Shown: positions 10,156-20,482, counted from the first letter of the stretch. The stretch is 64,000 nt of DNA from an uncultured Verrucomicrobiae bacterium (GCA_963812605.1 CAWEWF010000006.1:352001-416000); one strand, 5' to 3'. Notes: generated from the letters alone by a model not told the origin. Program-made: numbers and translations.

Positions 10156-10569
10156 ATGAGCGCGTTTCCTGTCAGCCCGGAAAAGGAAAGCCAACTGGCC
10201 CAGCGCATGGCCGCGCTGGGCGTGCGCGAAGCGGACATTGAGGAGACGTTTGTCCGCTCGGGCGGTCACGGCGGCCAGAATGTCAACAAGACGTCCACGT
10301 GCGTGATGTTGGTCCACCGTCCAACGCGCCTCCAGGTCAAATGCCAGGATACCCGGCAGCAGGCGCTCAACCGTTTTCTTGCGCGCCGGCTGTTGCTCGA
10401 CAAGATCGAAGCTTTCAAGAAGGGCTTTGTCGATGCCGAGCGCTCCCGCATCGAGAAAATCCGCCGCCAAAAACGCAAGCGCAGCCGTCGCGCCAAACAA
10501 CGCATGCTCGATAACAAGTCCCACCACGCCGCCAAGAAAGAATCACGACGGTCGGTACGGATGGAATAG
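10156..10569 (+). CDS. ArfB-like ribosome rescue peptidyl-tRNA hydrolase (RF-1 domain)
   Basis: RSGGHGGQNVNK GGQ motif, basic C-terminal tail. Confidence 0.88.
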   Translation: MSAFPVSPEKESQLAQRMAALGVREADIEETFVRSGGHGGQNVNKTSTCVMLVHRPTRLQVKCQDTRQQALNRFLARRLLLDKIEAFKKGFVDAERSRIEKIRRQKRKRSRRAKQRMLDNKSHHAAKKESRRSVRME

Positions 10570-10615
10570 GGCCATAAACGAATCATTGCCATCATCTGTT
10601 GCAGTCGAACCACCG

Positions 10616-11433
10616 GTGACGGGTCGTGTTGCCAGACTGACGGCGACGTTTAGCATTTTCGCGCCCTTGATCGCTATTCTGGTGGGCTTCCTTGGCCATT
10701 TTGTTCATCCGCGTATTCCGGGTATTCGTTTGGTGAAGACTGTCGTCGAGTTGTTGCTGATCGTTTCCGGCCTTGTGTGCGGCGCGGTCGCGCTGGAGGC
10801 AGTCCAGCGACGCGGATACAAGGGCGTATTCGTCAAGGCCCTCATAGGCACTTGTGTCAATGGCCTGCTGGTTTTGCTGACATTCGGCGTTTCAATTCTC
10901 TTCGCTCTTTGGTTGCCGGTTTTCACCCACCACGTCCCTTTGACACCGCAAGGGAAACTTGACAAGGCGACGAGCGAATTGGCGACGGCATCCACGGATG
11001 AGAAGAGGTTCTACGCTTTGGACGATGCCGCCAAGCAGAGTTTTGAAACCGGCAAGATCGAGGATGCCCAAAAATATGCCACGGAATTGTTGGCGCTGGC
11101 TCCGAATTTCCAAGGGAATTGGAATTATGGCAACGCCATTCAAGATGGGAATCTCGTGCTTGGACGCATCGCGGTACGGGAGGGGCGAATGGAAGAGGCG
11201 AAAAAGTATTTGCTCGAAGCCGGAAGAGCCCGGGCTCTCCGCAGATGGACAGTTTTGGCCCGAACGTGAGCCTGGCCAAGGACCTACTGGAAAAAGGCGA
11301 ACGCGACACGGTCCTGCAATATTTCGAGCTTTGCCGCAAATTTTGGACGATGGATTACGGCAAGTTGGATGAGTGGAGCAAAGCCGTGAAGGCTGGCGAG
11401 GTTCCTGACTTCGGCGCGAACCTGGTTTATTGA
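10616..11433 (+). CDS. Membrane protein with C-terminal TPR-like domain (frameshift near 11230, start uncertain)
   Basis: 3 TM segments, then WNYGNAIQDGNLVLGRIA and GSPQMDSFGPNVSLAKDLL in the next frame. Confidence 0.7.
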
Positions 11434-11466
11434 GGGTGCGCCGCTCGCGGAAGAAAAACTCTGAAT

Positions 11467-11613
11467 CCCCCGCACGTGGGGGCACGTGGCCTACAACTGA
11501 ACCTAAGAGCGGGAGCCGCGGTCAGCGCCCGCCTGCGTGGCCGAAGCCACTTCGTCGCGGCGAAGGCCCGCGGCTACGACGCTACCCATCACAGGCAGGG
11601 ACGCCTGTGCCAC
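11467..11613 (-). repeat. Array of GTAG/GTGG hairpin repeats
   Basis: Several hairpins ending ctac/ccac on plus strand. Confidence 0.65.
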
Positions 11614-11677
11614 CAACGACTTCCTGGGGCTATTCGCATTGACGCGGGGCGGGTGCGCTTTCATGCTGGTTGCCTGA

Positions 11678-12970
11678 ATGAGTTCACGACGGGTCATGGT
11701 GGTGGGCGGGGGCGCGGCCGGGTTTTTTGCGGCGATCACTTGCGCGGAGGCGATGCCGCAGGCGGAGGTGACCATCCTGGAGAAGTCGGCGCAGTTTTTG
11801 TCGAAAGTCCGCATCTCCGGGGGCGGGCGTTGCAACGTGACGCACGCTTGTTTCGATGCGCGGGAGTTTACGACGCGATTTCCGCGCGGGGAACGGGCGT
11901 TGATCGGGCCGCTCCAGCGATTTCAGGCGAGCGATACGGTTGCGTGGTTCGAAAAACGGGGCGTGAAACTCAAGACCGAGGATGACGGACGGATGTTTCC
12001 CATCAGCGATTCGTCGGAGACGATCATCGATTGCCTGGTCCGTGCGGCCAGGGCGGCGGGCGTGAAGCTCGTGACGCGCTGCGGCGTGGAGCTCGCGACA
12101 AGGCGGGCGGGACGCCCGTTCGAACCGGAGAATGAGGGGGAACTTGCGACGAGGCGGGCGGGACGCCCGCCCCACTACGGATTTGAACTGACGCTGACGA
12201 ATGGCGAGACGTTGGGGTGCGACCGGTTGCTATTGGCGACGGGCGGGTGCCGCACGGTGGCGGCGGGGCAGTTGGCGGTTTCGCTCGGGCACACTTTGGA
12301 AGCGCCGGTGCCGTCGTTGTTCACGTTCCACTCGGCAACGGCGTGGCTGCGGGATTTGGCGGGGATTTCGGTCGAGTCGGTGGAGGCATCCGTGCCGGGC
12401 GAGCGATTGCGGGAACGGGGCGCGCTGCTGGTGACGCACACGGGATTGAGCGGGCCGGTGATCCTGCGTCTCTCAGCGTGGGGCGCTCGGGCGTTGCATG
12501 ACCGCGATTATCGATTCGCGCTGCATTTGAATTGGCTGCCGCACCTCGGCGCGGACGGGATTGCGGCGGAGTTGAACGCGCGTCGCAAACAACAGCCGGC
12601 CAAGCTGGTGATCAATACGCCGATTGCTCCCCTACCCGCCCGGCTGTGGGAGCGGTTGGTCCTGACGGCGGGAGTCGAACCGGACACGCGCTGGTCGCGC
12701 CTGACCCGCGCGGCGCAACATCGGCTGGTCCAGCAATTAATCCGCACCGAAGCGGAAATAAGAGGAAAGAGCTTGAACAAGGAGGAATTTGTCACCTGCG
12801 GCGGGGTGCGTTTGCGCGAGGTGAATTTCAAGACGATGGAGAACCGGATTTGTCCGGGCCTCTACTTCGCGGGCGAGTTGCTGGACATCGACGGCATCAC
12901 CGGCGGGTTCAATTTCCAGTCGGCCTGGACGACCGGCCGGCTGGCCGGGCGGGCGCTGGCGGGGGATTAG
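11678..12970 (+). CDS. HI0933/YhiN-family NAD(P)/FAD-dependent oxidoreductase
   Basis: GGGAAG, KVRISGGGRCNVT, GRMFP, VTCGGV, GELLDIDGITGGFNFQSAW. Confidence 0.95.
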   Translation: MSSRRVMVVGGGAAGFFAAITCAEAMPQAEVTILEKSAQFLSKVRISGGGRCNVTHACFDAREFTTRFPRGERALIGPLQRFQASDTVAWFEKRGVKLKTEDDGRMFPISDSSETIIDCLVRAARAAGVKLVTRCGVELATRRAGRPFEPENEGELATRRAGRPPHYGFELTLTNGETLGCDRLLLATGGCRTVAAGQLAVSLGHTLEAPVPSLFTFHSATAWLRDLAGISVESVEASVPGERLRERGALLVTHTGLSGPVILRLSAWGARALHDRDYRFALHLNWLPHLGADGIAAELNARRKQQPAKLVINTPIAPLPARLWERLVLTAGVEPDTRWSRLTRAAQHRLVQQLIRTEAEIRGKSLNKEEFVTCGGVRLREVNFKTMENRICPGLYFAGELLDIDGITGGFNFQSAWTTGRLAGRALAGD

Positions 12971-12996
12971 AACCTATCTCGTAAATGTTCACAGAC

Positions 12997-13167
12997 AGCG
13001 GGCTGGGCCAGCCCGCCCTACCAAAGTCGCGGTATCTGGCGTGTAGCCACGGCTCTTCGAGCCGTGTGTTTGAGAGTCGTGGTCGAAGCGCGCCTCACAG
13101 AGGCGCGGCTACACCGGCCCGCGCCCACCGCCCGCGGCGGACGGCAACGGGGCCCGTTGCCCTACAA
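12997..13167. repeat. GTAG-REP cluster
   Basis: gcgggctgggccagcccgccctac; gtagccacggctcttcgagccgtg; gcgcgcctcacagaggcgcggctac; ggcaacggggcccgttgccctac. Confidence 0.75.
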
Positions 13168-13289
13168 GACGGATCGCCACAAGTGCGGGAGAAATTGTAC
13201 CACTGTCGATTAAAAATCCAAATTGACTTGGTTGGAAGTAGCAAGCATCATGCGGACGGTCCAAGCCAGTTGCACCCAGAGATCATCAA

Positions 13290-13796
13290 ATGCCGAAACT
13301 GCACATCATGTCGGGTCAGTTGGAGGGGAAGGTTTTTGACCTGCTCGAGGAGCGCGTGACGATCGGGCGCGGGCTGGACAACCTGATTCGCATGGAGGAT
13401 GGCACGATGTCGCACCACCACGCGATGTTCGTCCTCGAAGCCGACGGCTACAAGCTGCGCGATCTCAACTCGACCAACGGCACGCGCGTCAACGGGATGC
13501 GCATCGCCGAGACGAAGTTGAACAATGGCGACGCGGTGCGCATGGGCTCGGTCGAGATGCGGTTCGAGGCCGACATGAAGAAAGCGAGCCAGCCGTTGCC
13601 GCCGACGCAAACGGGTGTGGACATCACGCAGGTCGGCAAAGGGGGCGGGCCGCCCCCGGCGTTTGGCTCGTCCTCCCCGTTCGGTCGCAAGAAAACTGGT
13701 GGCGCCAACATCTGGTTGTGGGTGATGCTCGGCCTCGGCGCGGTTGCGGTCCTGGTCTTGGGTTGGTTCGTCTACAAGTTTTTCCAGTTGAGCTAG
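13290..13796 (+). CDS. FHA-domain protein with C-terminal membrane anchor
   Basis: IGRGLDN...MSHHHA...DLNSTNGTRVNG; hydrophobic C-terminus. Confidence 0.92.
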   Translation: MPKLHIMSGQLEGKVFDLLEERVTIGRGLDNLIRMEDGTMSHHHAMFVLEADGYKLRDLNSTNGTRVNGMRIAETKLNNGDAVRMGSVEMRFEADMKKASQPLPPTQTGVDITQVGKGGGPPPAFGSSSPFGRKKTGGANIWLWVMLGLGAVAVLVLGWFVYKFFQLS

Positions 13797-13803
13797 GGCG
13801 CGT

Positions 13804-14091
13804 CGTGAGCGGACGGCAAAGCTGCGACGAGTCGCAGCACTCCAAAGAGGAACGACGGCAACCGGGCCGGTTGCCCTGCAATCTCGGCAGGCCAACAGGC
13901 GGTCCCGCGACGGCGGGATCCCGAGGACGGGAGACGCCTGTTCAACCCGGAGCGCGGCGACAGAGCGGCGCGGCTCATAGAGCCGCTCGTGGTGAAGACT
14001 CGCGATGAACCGCGGCTACACCGGGCGGGGCGACGCGACTTTTCGACCTGGAAATTTCCCTCGAAAACCGCAAGCGGGACGCTCGCGCTAC
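13804..14091 (-). repeat. Mixed REP-like array
   Basis: Includes gcaaagctgcgacgagtcgcagcactccaaa (also about 15490-15520 and 35046-35076) and caagcgggacgctcgcgctac. Confidence 0.75.
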
Positions 14092-14148
14092 TTCAGCCAC
14101 TTGGCGGCTTGTTGGGCCCAGTAGATGAGGATGATGTCGGCGCCGGAG
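14071..14148 (-). repeat. Duplicate of hemB 3' end plus adjacent REP (78 bp)
   Basis: Matches 15699-15776 with one mismatch. Confidence 0.9.
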
Positions 14149-14246
14149 TGAGGAAAACTGGTTCGTGTCAAAGAGAATCTGTCCAGAGTACAGAGTTGAC
14201 TCCGATTAGGAGACTCCGATTAGGAGAATAAACCGAACCTGAATAG

Positions 14247-15265
14247 TTACATCTTTTGAAGGGCCGCCAGGGTCGTCCGCACATCCTCCAGCGAACCGAC
14301 CACCACGAAGACATGGTAACTGAAATCGTCCGATAAGCCATCCGGGTTTTGCAAACGGAAAATGCAGTTCCATTTCACGACCCGATAGGCTTTCATATTC
14401 CAGCGGCCATAAGTGGGTCCGCGCCCATCCCGCAGCGCCTCCGCCCCAGAAAAAACGCCCATGGCGTACTTTCCATCGGCGGTGGAAAAGACCAGCGGCA
14501 GCGCTTGCTCGCCGGGCCCATTATCGATGGGGGCAAGCTTCCCGGTTTTCGGATCAAAGACTTGAAATTGATCGAACTCCGGCGGCATGTAACCGGTCAG
14601 CACTTCGATAACACAGCGCGTGTTGCGGTCCTCGGCGGCGAGAGAAACCGTGACCTGGTAGTCGATGGCGTGCGGCAAGTTCTTGCGGCCGATCACCACC
14701 CGTTTGCGCAGACGATCATTGGAAAGAATGGTTTTGTTACGCGCGGGTTTTCCGCCGGAGTCTTGCCCGGATTCAACCAGAAAGCGGGCTGACTGAAGGT
14801 CTCAAGCTGATTTCCGCGAGCCTGGATTTCCAGCAATCGACTCGACGAGGCGGCGCCGCGGTCGTCATCAAGCGAGCCGGCCTCCGTCGGGTTGAACGTC
14901 TCGTCGGCGATGGGCTCTACCCCCGCGTTGCCATTCCAACACGTCTGCAACTCCCGGCCGTGGTCCGAGTCATCAATGAACTCCTTGCCACCCCATTGCA
15001 AGGACTCAATCGCCCCAGCCGTCCGCGAGGTGGTCTTGATCACGATCTCCGAGCCCCCAACCGGCGCCCGAATGACCGCGTCGCCGCTAACCACCGGAGC
15101 CCCCACCAGCGCGATCGGCAGCATGACAAAAACGATAGAGCAGCGGACGACGACGTAAGACAAAACGGTCTCGCCGGTGATGACGCGCTTCAGCGCGCCG
15201 ATGATTTGTCGCGGATCGAACACAAGAGGCGCTGCTCCTTGGCTTTGCGGTCGGTTTTCGGCCAT
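14247..15265 (-). CDS. Hypothetical, probably secreted protein (frameshift near 14750; start may be near 15124)
   Basis: AGAIESLQWGGKEFID..DHGRELQ, FNPTEAGS continuing into EVLTGYMPPEF...KWNCIFR in the adjacent frame. Confidence 0.7.
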
Positions 15266-15408
15266 TGGCCGCGGGCTTCGACTTCGCGGAGCGCAGCCAT
15301 CAAGGTTTCGACACGCTCCTCCAGGGGTTTGCCGCAGACGACAGCGGCGTCTCGTCTAACTCGGCTTGCGGAGGTTCCGCCAATGGTTTCGTCGAGGTGC
15401 AGGTTCAT
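15190..15408 (-). CDS. Small hypothetical protein
   Basis: 72-aa ORF filling the gap, no recognised motif. Confidence 0.35.
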   Translation of the reverse strand: MNLHLDETIGGTSASRVRRDAAVVCGKPLEERVETLMAALREVEARGQWPKTDRKAKEQRLLCSIRDKSSAR

Positions 15409-15477
15409 GGGGGAAATGATAACATGCTGACGGCAAGGACGGAAGTGGAATTGGGGGCACCGCTCATATTCAGGCGG

Positions 15478-15719
15478 CGTGAGCGGACGGCAAAGCTGCG
15501 ACGAGTCGCAGCACTCCAAAAGGAACGACGCGGAAGGCGTGACTCCGATCTCGGCTTGGCTCAGGACAGGGAGCTGCGGCTACACGGCAGGGCGGTCATA
15601 ATTCGAGGCTGGCGCGACTTTTCGACCTGGAAATTTCCTCGAAAACCGCAAGCGGGACGCTCGCGCTACCGTGAGGATGACCGCGGCCCGGGGACGACCA
15701 AGCGGGACGCTCGCGCTAC
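15478..15719 (-). repeat. Mixed REP-like array downstream of hemB
   Basis: Shares units with 13804-14091; the first GTAG supplies the hemB TAG stop. Confidence 0.75.
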
Positions 15720-16761
15720 TTCAGCCACTTGGCGGCTTGTTGGGCCCAGTAGGTGAGGATGATGTCGGCGCCGGAGCGGCGGAAGCCGGTGAGCATTTCC
15801 AGGACGGCTTGTTTTTCGTCGAGCCAGCCATTTTGGGCGGCGGCTTTGAGCATGGCGTATTCGCCGCTGACGTTGTAGCAGGCGACGGGATAGCGGAACT
15901 TTTCTTTCACGCGCCAGATCAGGTCCTGATAGCCGAGCGCGGGCTTGACCATCACGATGTCGGCGCCTTCCTGGATGTCGAGCGCGACTTCGCGCAGCGC
16001 TTCCTCGGCGTTGGCGTAATCCATCTGGTAGGTGCGGCGGTCGCCGAATTGCGGCGGCGATTCGGCGGCTTCGCGGAACGGGCCGTAATACGCGGACGCA
16101 AATTTCGCCGCGTAACTCATGATCGGCGTGTCGGCAAAACCGGTTTCGTCGAGCGCCGCGCGGATGGCGGCGACACGTCCGTCCATCATGTCGCTCGGGG
16201 CGATGATGTCGGCGCCGGCCGCGGCGTAGGCGACGGAGGATTTTGCGAGCAGGCTGAGCGTGGCGTCGTTGTCTACTTTGAATTCACAGGCAGGGACGCC
16301 TGTGCCACGACTTGCTGATTTTGAGGCGGCGGCGCCGGCGCCACTGGATCGTGAAGTTTTGCGGACGACGCCGCAGTGGCCGTGGCTCATGTATTCGCAG
16401 AGGCAGACGTCGCAGATGACGATGAGTTCGGGCAATTCTTTTTTCAGGGCGCGGACGGCTTTGGGGATGATGCCGTTCGCGGCGTAGGCGCCGCTCGCTT
16501 TTTCGTCCTTCTTGTCGGGGATGCCGAAGAGAATCACGGCGGGGATGCCGAGCTTCGCGGTTCGCTCGGATTCTTTCACGAGTTCATCGACGGAAAGCTG
16601 GAACTGGCCGGGCATGGAGCTGATCGGTTTGCGGAGGCGCGAGCCTTCGCGCACGAACAGCGGCAGGACGAGGTCGCTGACCGACAATTCCGTTTCGCGG
16701 ACCAGCGCGCGGAGTTGTGGGTTTTGACGAGCCGGCGCGGGCGATAGATCGGAAAGCGCAT
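15716..16761 (-). CDS. hemB: Porphobilinogen synthase (frameshift near 16730)
   Basis: MRFPIYRPRRL start, DVCLCEYMSHGHCG, APSDMMDGR, YGPFREA, MVKPA, YNVSGEY. Confidence 0.97.
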
Positions 16762-16764
16762 GGT

Positions 16765-17452
16765 TCATCCCTGGACGAGGCGCGGTTCCGCCTCGCGAAT
16801 CAGGGCGATAATATCGTCGGGCAGCTTCGCGGCCATCGAGTTGGAGCGGAAGTCCCGTTGTTCACCAGTCGCAGAGGCGTGAGAGCAATTGCAGGTGCTG
16901 GCGCACGTTCGGCGCGCAGAGCAGAAAGAAATGATAAACGGGTTTGCCGTCCAGCGCGCCGAAATCTACGCCCTGGTTGTGCCTTCCGTAGGCGAGGACG
17001 GGCGCTCGACGAGACCGACGAGGGCATTGCGGGCGTGCGGGATGGCGACGCCTTCGGTGATGCAGGTGGGGCACAAATCTTCGCGGGACTTGAGGGCCTG
17101 GAACAGCGTGTCGAAAAAACGTTCTTCACGCGGGTCGAGGACCAGCGCGCACAATTCGCGCAAGACACCGTTTTGTCGGGGGCGGCGAGGTTGAGATTGA
17201 TGCGCGCGGGGGCGATGACGTTGGCGACGGTCAGGCGCGGCAGGCCGGTGGCTTCGGGCGGAAATTCTTTTTCGTCCATCGGGATGTCGTCGCGGTTGGT
17301 CATCCAGAAGTCGATTGCAGTGCGCTGGAAGCGCCATTGGCGTGCCAGTTTTGCGCGGGAAGGCGGCCTTCCTGCGCGATGCGGCTGACGGTCTTTTCGT
17401 TCAGGCGGAGGTATTCGGAAACCTCTTTGAGCGTCATGATTTCGGTTTCCAT
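16765..17452 (-). CDS. Excisionase-type HTH fused to PTS IIA (PtsN/Fru type), several frameshifts
   Basis: MTLKEVSEYLRLNEKTV..RQWRF; RE...T.I.EGVAIPHAR; GVDFGALDGKPV.HFFLL. Confidence 0.85.
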
Positions 17453-17520
17453 GGACGCGAAGATAGTACGGCGAGGGTGCGCGTTGCGCAAGCGGTGAAA
17501 CTGCAAATGGGTTCACATGC

Positions 17521-17656
17521 GGCGCGGTCGGGAGACCGTACGCCTGAACAGGAGGCAAAGAGAAGGCTACACCGGGCGGGGCGGCTACAACGGCACAGCG
17601 GCAAGCGAGCGTCTTTGCCCTACAAATCTCGGCAACGGCGGGCGGGACGCCTACCC
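17521..17656 (-). repeat. GTAG-REP array
   Basis: Four units ending ctac on the plus strand. Confidence 0.6.
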
Positions 17657-17664
17657 CATGCTAT

Positions 17665-18282
17665 TCAGAATTTGCGCTCGTAACTGCGGATGACGCCGAT
17701 GACTTTGCCGAGGATGCGCGTGTCGCCGTCGACGGGGATGGGCTGGTAGCGGGGTCGGCGGGTTGGAGCCAGAGCTTGCTGTTGCGGCGTTCGAGACGTT
17801 TGACGGTGGATTCGCCGTCGACGAGGGCGACGACGATCTCGCCGGCCTCGGCGTGGGCTTGGGCGCGCACGACGACCAGGTCGTCTTCACAGATGCCGGC
17901 TTCGATCATCGAATCGCCATGGACTTTGAGCGCGAAGACTTTTGGCCCGCGAATTCTTCGGTCAGGTCGAGCGAGCCTTCGATGTTTTCCTCGGCGAGGA
18001 GCGGGCCGCCGGCGGGGACGCGGCCGAGGATGGGCATGGGCGGAATTCGGCGCGGAGAATTTTCGGCCAGTTGCGCGGGACAAGGCCGCGGGATTTGCCG
18101 GGGAGTTTTTTGAGGTAATTTTTTGTTTCGAGGGCGTTGAGGTGATCGCGGGCGGTCCCGGTCGAGCGGTAGCCGAAGGCGTGGCAGATTTCGCGGATGG
18201 TGGGCGGGCGGCCGCTGCCGCGGATGTTGTCGAGGATGTAGGTGAGGAGCTTTTGTTGCGGCGGTGTGAGCGGTTCCTGCAT
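17665..18282 (-). CDS. lexA: LexA repressor (several frameshifts)
   Basis: LTPPQQKLLTYI..GRPPTIREIC..F; PILGRVPAG; FALKVHGDSM (Ser); STVKR (Lys); ILGKVIGVIR. Confidence 0.9.
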
Positions 18283-18287
18283 GAGAA

Positions 18288-18317
18288 TGCCATACCACAC
18301 AGATGTGTGGTATGGCA
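18288..18317. promoter_or_regulatory. Perfect 14-bp-arm palindrome, probable LexA auto-operator
   Basis: tgccataccacaca-ga-tgtgtggtatggca, 5 bp before the lexA ATG, overlapping a TTGCCA -35-like box. Confidence 0.7.
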
Positions 18318-18467
18318 AGAGGAAAAGAAATCGAGGGGAGAAGCGAGGAGCGTGGAGAGGGGAGTGCCATGAATCCCCGCCGGGCGTTTCCTACAGGATA
18401 CAGGTGACGGGGCCTAACGCTTCGGCGAGCCGCAAGCAAGATGGCCACCAAGGTTTCGAACCAATTC

Positions 18468-18821
18468 TTAGGCGGCGGCGAGGGCGCCGGAGATGGCGCG
18501 GTCGAGTTCGGAGACGTGAAGGGTTTTTCGACGGAGCCCGGCGCCGGCTTCGCGGGCTTCCAATTCGGTGGTGCGGCTGCCGGTGACGATGACAACCTTT
18601 GCCTGGGGGCTGCTCTTGGAAAGGAGCGTGGTGCAGGTGAGGCCGTCCATGAGGGGCATGCGGACATCCATGACGACGAGGTCAGGATGCATGTGGGCGC
18701 ACTTGTCGATGGCGTCCTGGCCGTTGGTGGCGAAGCCGATCACTTCGTGGCCGAGGTGTTCGAGCACCAGGCGGAGCGCGAAGCGAACGGAATCCGTATC
18801 ATCTGCAATCAAGACTTTCAT
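18468..18821 (-). CDS. Single-domain response regulator
   Basis: MKVLIADD...PDLVVMDVRMPLMDG; FVEKPF appears in an alternate frame near the 3' end. Confidence 0.9.
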   Translation of the reverse strand: MKVLIADDTDSVRFALRLVLEHLGHEVIGFATNGQDAIDKCAHMHPDLVVMDVRMPLMDGLTCTTLLSKSSPQAKVVIVTGSRTTELEAREAGAGLRRKTLHVSELDRAISGALAAA

Positions 18822-18836
18822 CGTGCTTGTTGATTT

Positions 18837-18852
18837 AGCACTGGGCATGCCA
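18837..18852 (-). promoter_or_regulatory. Sigma54-like -24/-12 promoter
   Basis: TGGCATGCCCAGTGCT, GG-N10-GC spacing, just upstream of the regulator. Confidence 0.5.
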
Positions 18853-18977
18853 CGGCCTTGAAAGCCAGAGAAATTGGGCATTCTAAGGCATAGAAAAGTC
18901 AAAATGGCTCAAAATTGGCCATGTTTGACAAAAAACGAGAGAAAATGTCCCGTTTTGAGGGCTGGCGGTCCGAGGGG

Positions 18978-19883
18978 CTACAGGGCACGGACGCGGTAGA
19001 AGCGTGACGGAGCGTTGGTTGCCCCGCCGTATAGGTAAAGCTGTTCGTGACACCGGTGCTGACCACGAAGGGCGCGCTAAGATCCGCAAAATTATTCGTG
19101 TTATAATTGCCGTTTTCCGCCTGCACGATATTGGTTCCCGCGCTCGCGGCTGTCCATTTGATGACAATATCATTCACACTTCGCGTGATGGAGACGATTT
19201 TAAACAAACGGGTCGGCGGGGGTGCAAAGCCGGATACGGTTAATTTGACCAGACCTGCTGTGCTGGTGTCGATCGTACAATTAGTGTTTGAAGGCGTCGT
19301 GCCGATCGTCAGACCGTTGTAGGTCAACACGCCACCGTAGGTGAACAGGGTGTAGCTGCCCGAGGTGAAGAAGCCGCCGGCGTCGGTAACGTTGAGTTTG
19401 CCACCCAGCGTCAGATTATTACCTATCGCCACCGCTGTGCTGTTGGTACCCAACGAGAATAGCAGGGTCGCATTTGTGGCAATCGAGGCGTTGCCGGCCT
19501 CGACATCGAATTGGTGATTTCCAATAGACCGCGAGCGCCGATGGTCAACGTGTTGAGAACATTGAGTGGAACAGGACCTCCATCGTTCATATCAAAAAGT
19601 GACAGCGTGTTCGTCAAGGTGACCGTTGGCGACGACACGGTAAGATTGCTAATTGTCAGTTCCTGTGGAAAGCCCGCACTGTCCGTATCGTCAATGGTAA
19701 CAGTCTTGGAGGTGGAATTGGTGATGAAGTCAGCGGCGTCGGTGATGGATGGCGCGTTTGTTAGGACCATCTCACCCCGGTATCCCAAAAGTCACTACCG
19801 CCGAAGATCCAACTGTTGGTCGCGGCTTGGGCATTTACGACGACGAGGGTGAAACCGACCGCGATGATTGTCCTGATTCCCAT
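18978..19883 (-). CDS. Secreted Thr/Asn-rich beta-strand protein, autotransporter-passenger-like (several frameshifts)
   Basis: Signal peptide ..AQA-ATNSW; NLTLGGKLNVTDAGGF..GSYTLFTYGG; C-terminal GATNAPSRFYRVR. Confidence 0.65.
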
Positions 19884-20022
19884 GATGTCCCTTTTTCCTA
19901 CGGCCCGTTGCAATTCGCCTAGGGCGTAATTCATACACGTTCGCCAGCATTTCGTCAATCAATATCAGACGGTGGAACTGGCTTGCCCGCAATATCTAGC
20001 GCACAGTTTGTCAAAAATGGTG

Positions 20023-20052
20023 TTGACATGCGTGTAAACACATTGTACATAC
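20023..20052 (+). promoter_or_regulatory. Sigma70-type promoter with tgta-N2-aca repeats (possible TA operator)
   Basis: TTGACA at 20023 followed by tgtaaaca and tgtacataca. Confidence 0.45.
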
Positions 20053-20073
20053 AGGGCAGATACAGGCGCACCA

Positions 20074-20373
20074 ATGGAATTTGACTGGTCAGATCCGCCG
20101 TTTAGCCCGAAGGATACTCCGACGACGCGTGAAATCGAGGAGTCATTTGAGGATCCGCTGGGGATTCGGTTGTTTCCCGATTCGGGCCGGTTCGCAAAGG
20201 AATCGCGGGCATTTTGTTTGGGGCGGACGTTGACGGGCCGCGGTATCTTCAGTGTGTATCGTTCGGATGGCAAACAGGTGCGCGTGATTGGGGCGCGGGC
20301 GATGAGTGAGGAAGAAGAATATTTTTATGACAGGAAGGTGTCGGAATGGACGTCAGAGAAAAACAGGCGGTGA
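20074..20373 (+). CDS. BrnT-like toxin
   Basis: MEFDW..EIEESFEDP..ESR..CLG.T..GR..F.VY....VRVIGAR.MS..E...Y. Confidence 0.8.
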   Translation: MEFDWSDPPFSPKDTPTTREIEESFEDPLGIRLFPDSGRFAKESRAFCLGRTLTGRGIFSVYRSDGKQVRVIGARAMSEEEEYFYDRKVSEWTSEKNRR

Positions 20374-20391
20374 ACCCACCCCTGTATCCCC

Positions 20392-20440
20392 TCCGAGGAG
20401 GGGAACGTGAAGGCGGACGGCTCGGAGAGCCGTCCCTACC
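20392..20440 (-). repeat. REP-like hairpins between toxin and antitoxin
   Basis: ggacggctcggagagccgtccctac. Confidence 0.6.
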
Positions 20441-20482
20441 AAAAGCCCTGTATCCCCGGGGAAATGAAGGACGACCTAAATT

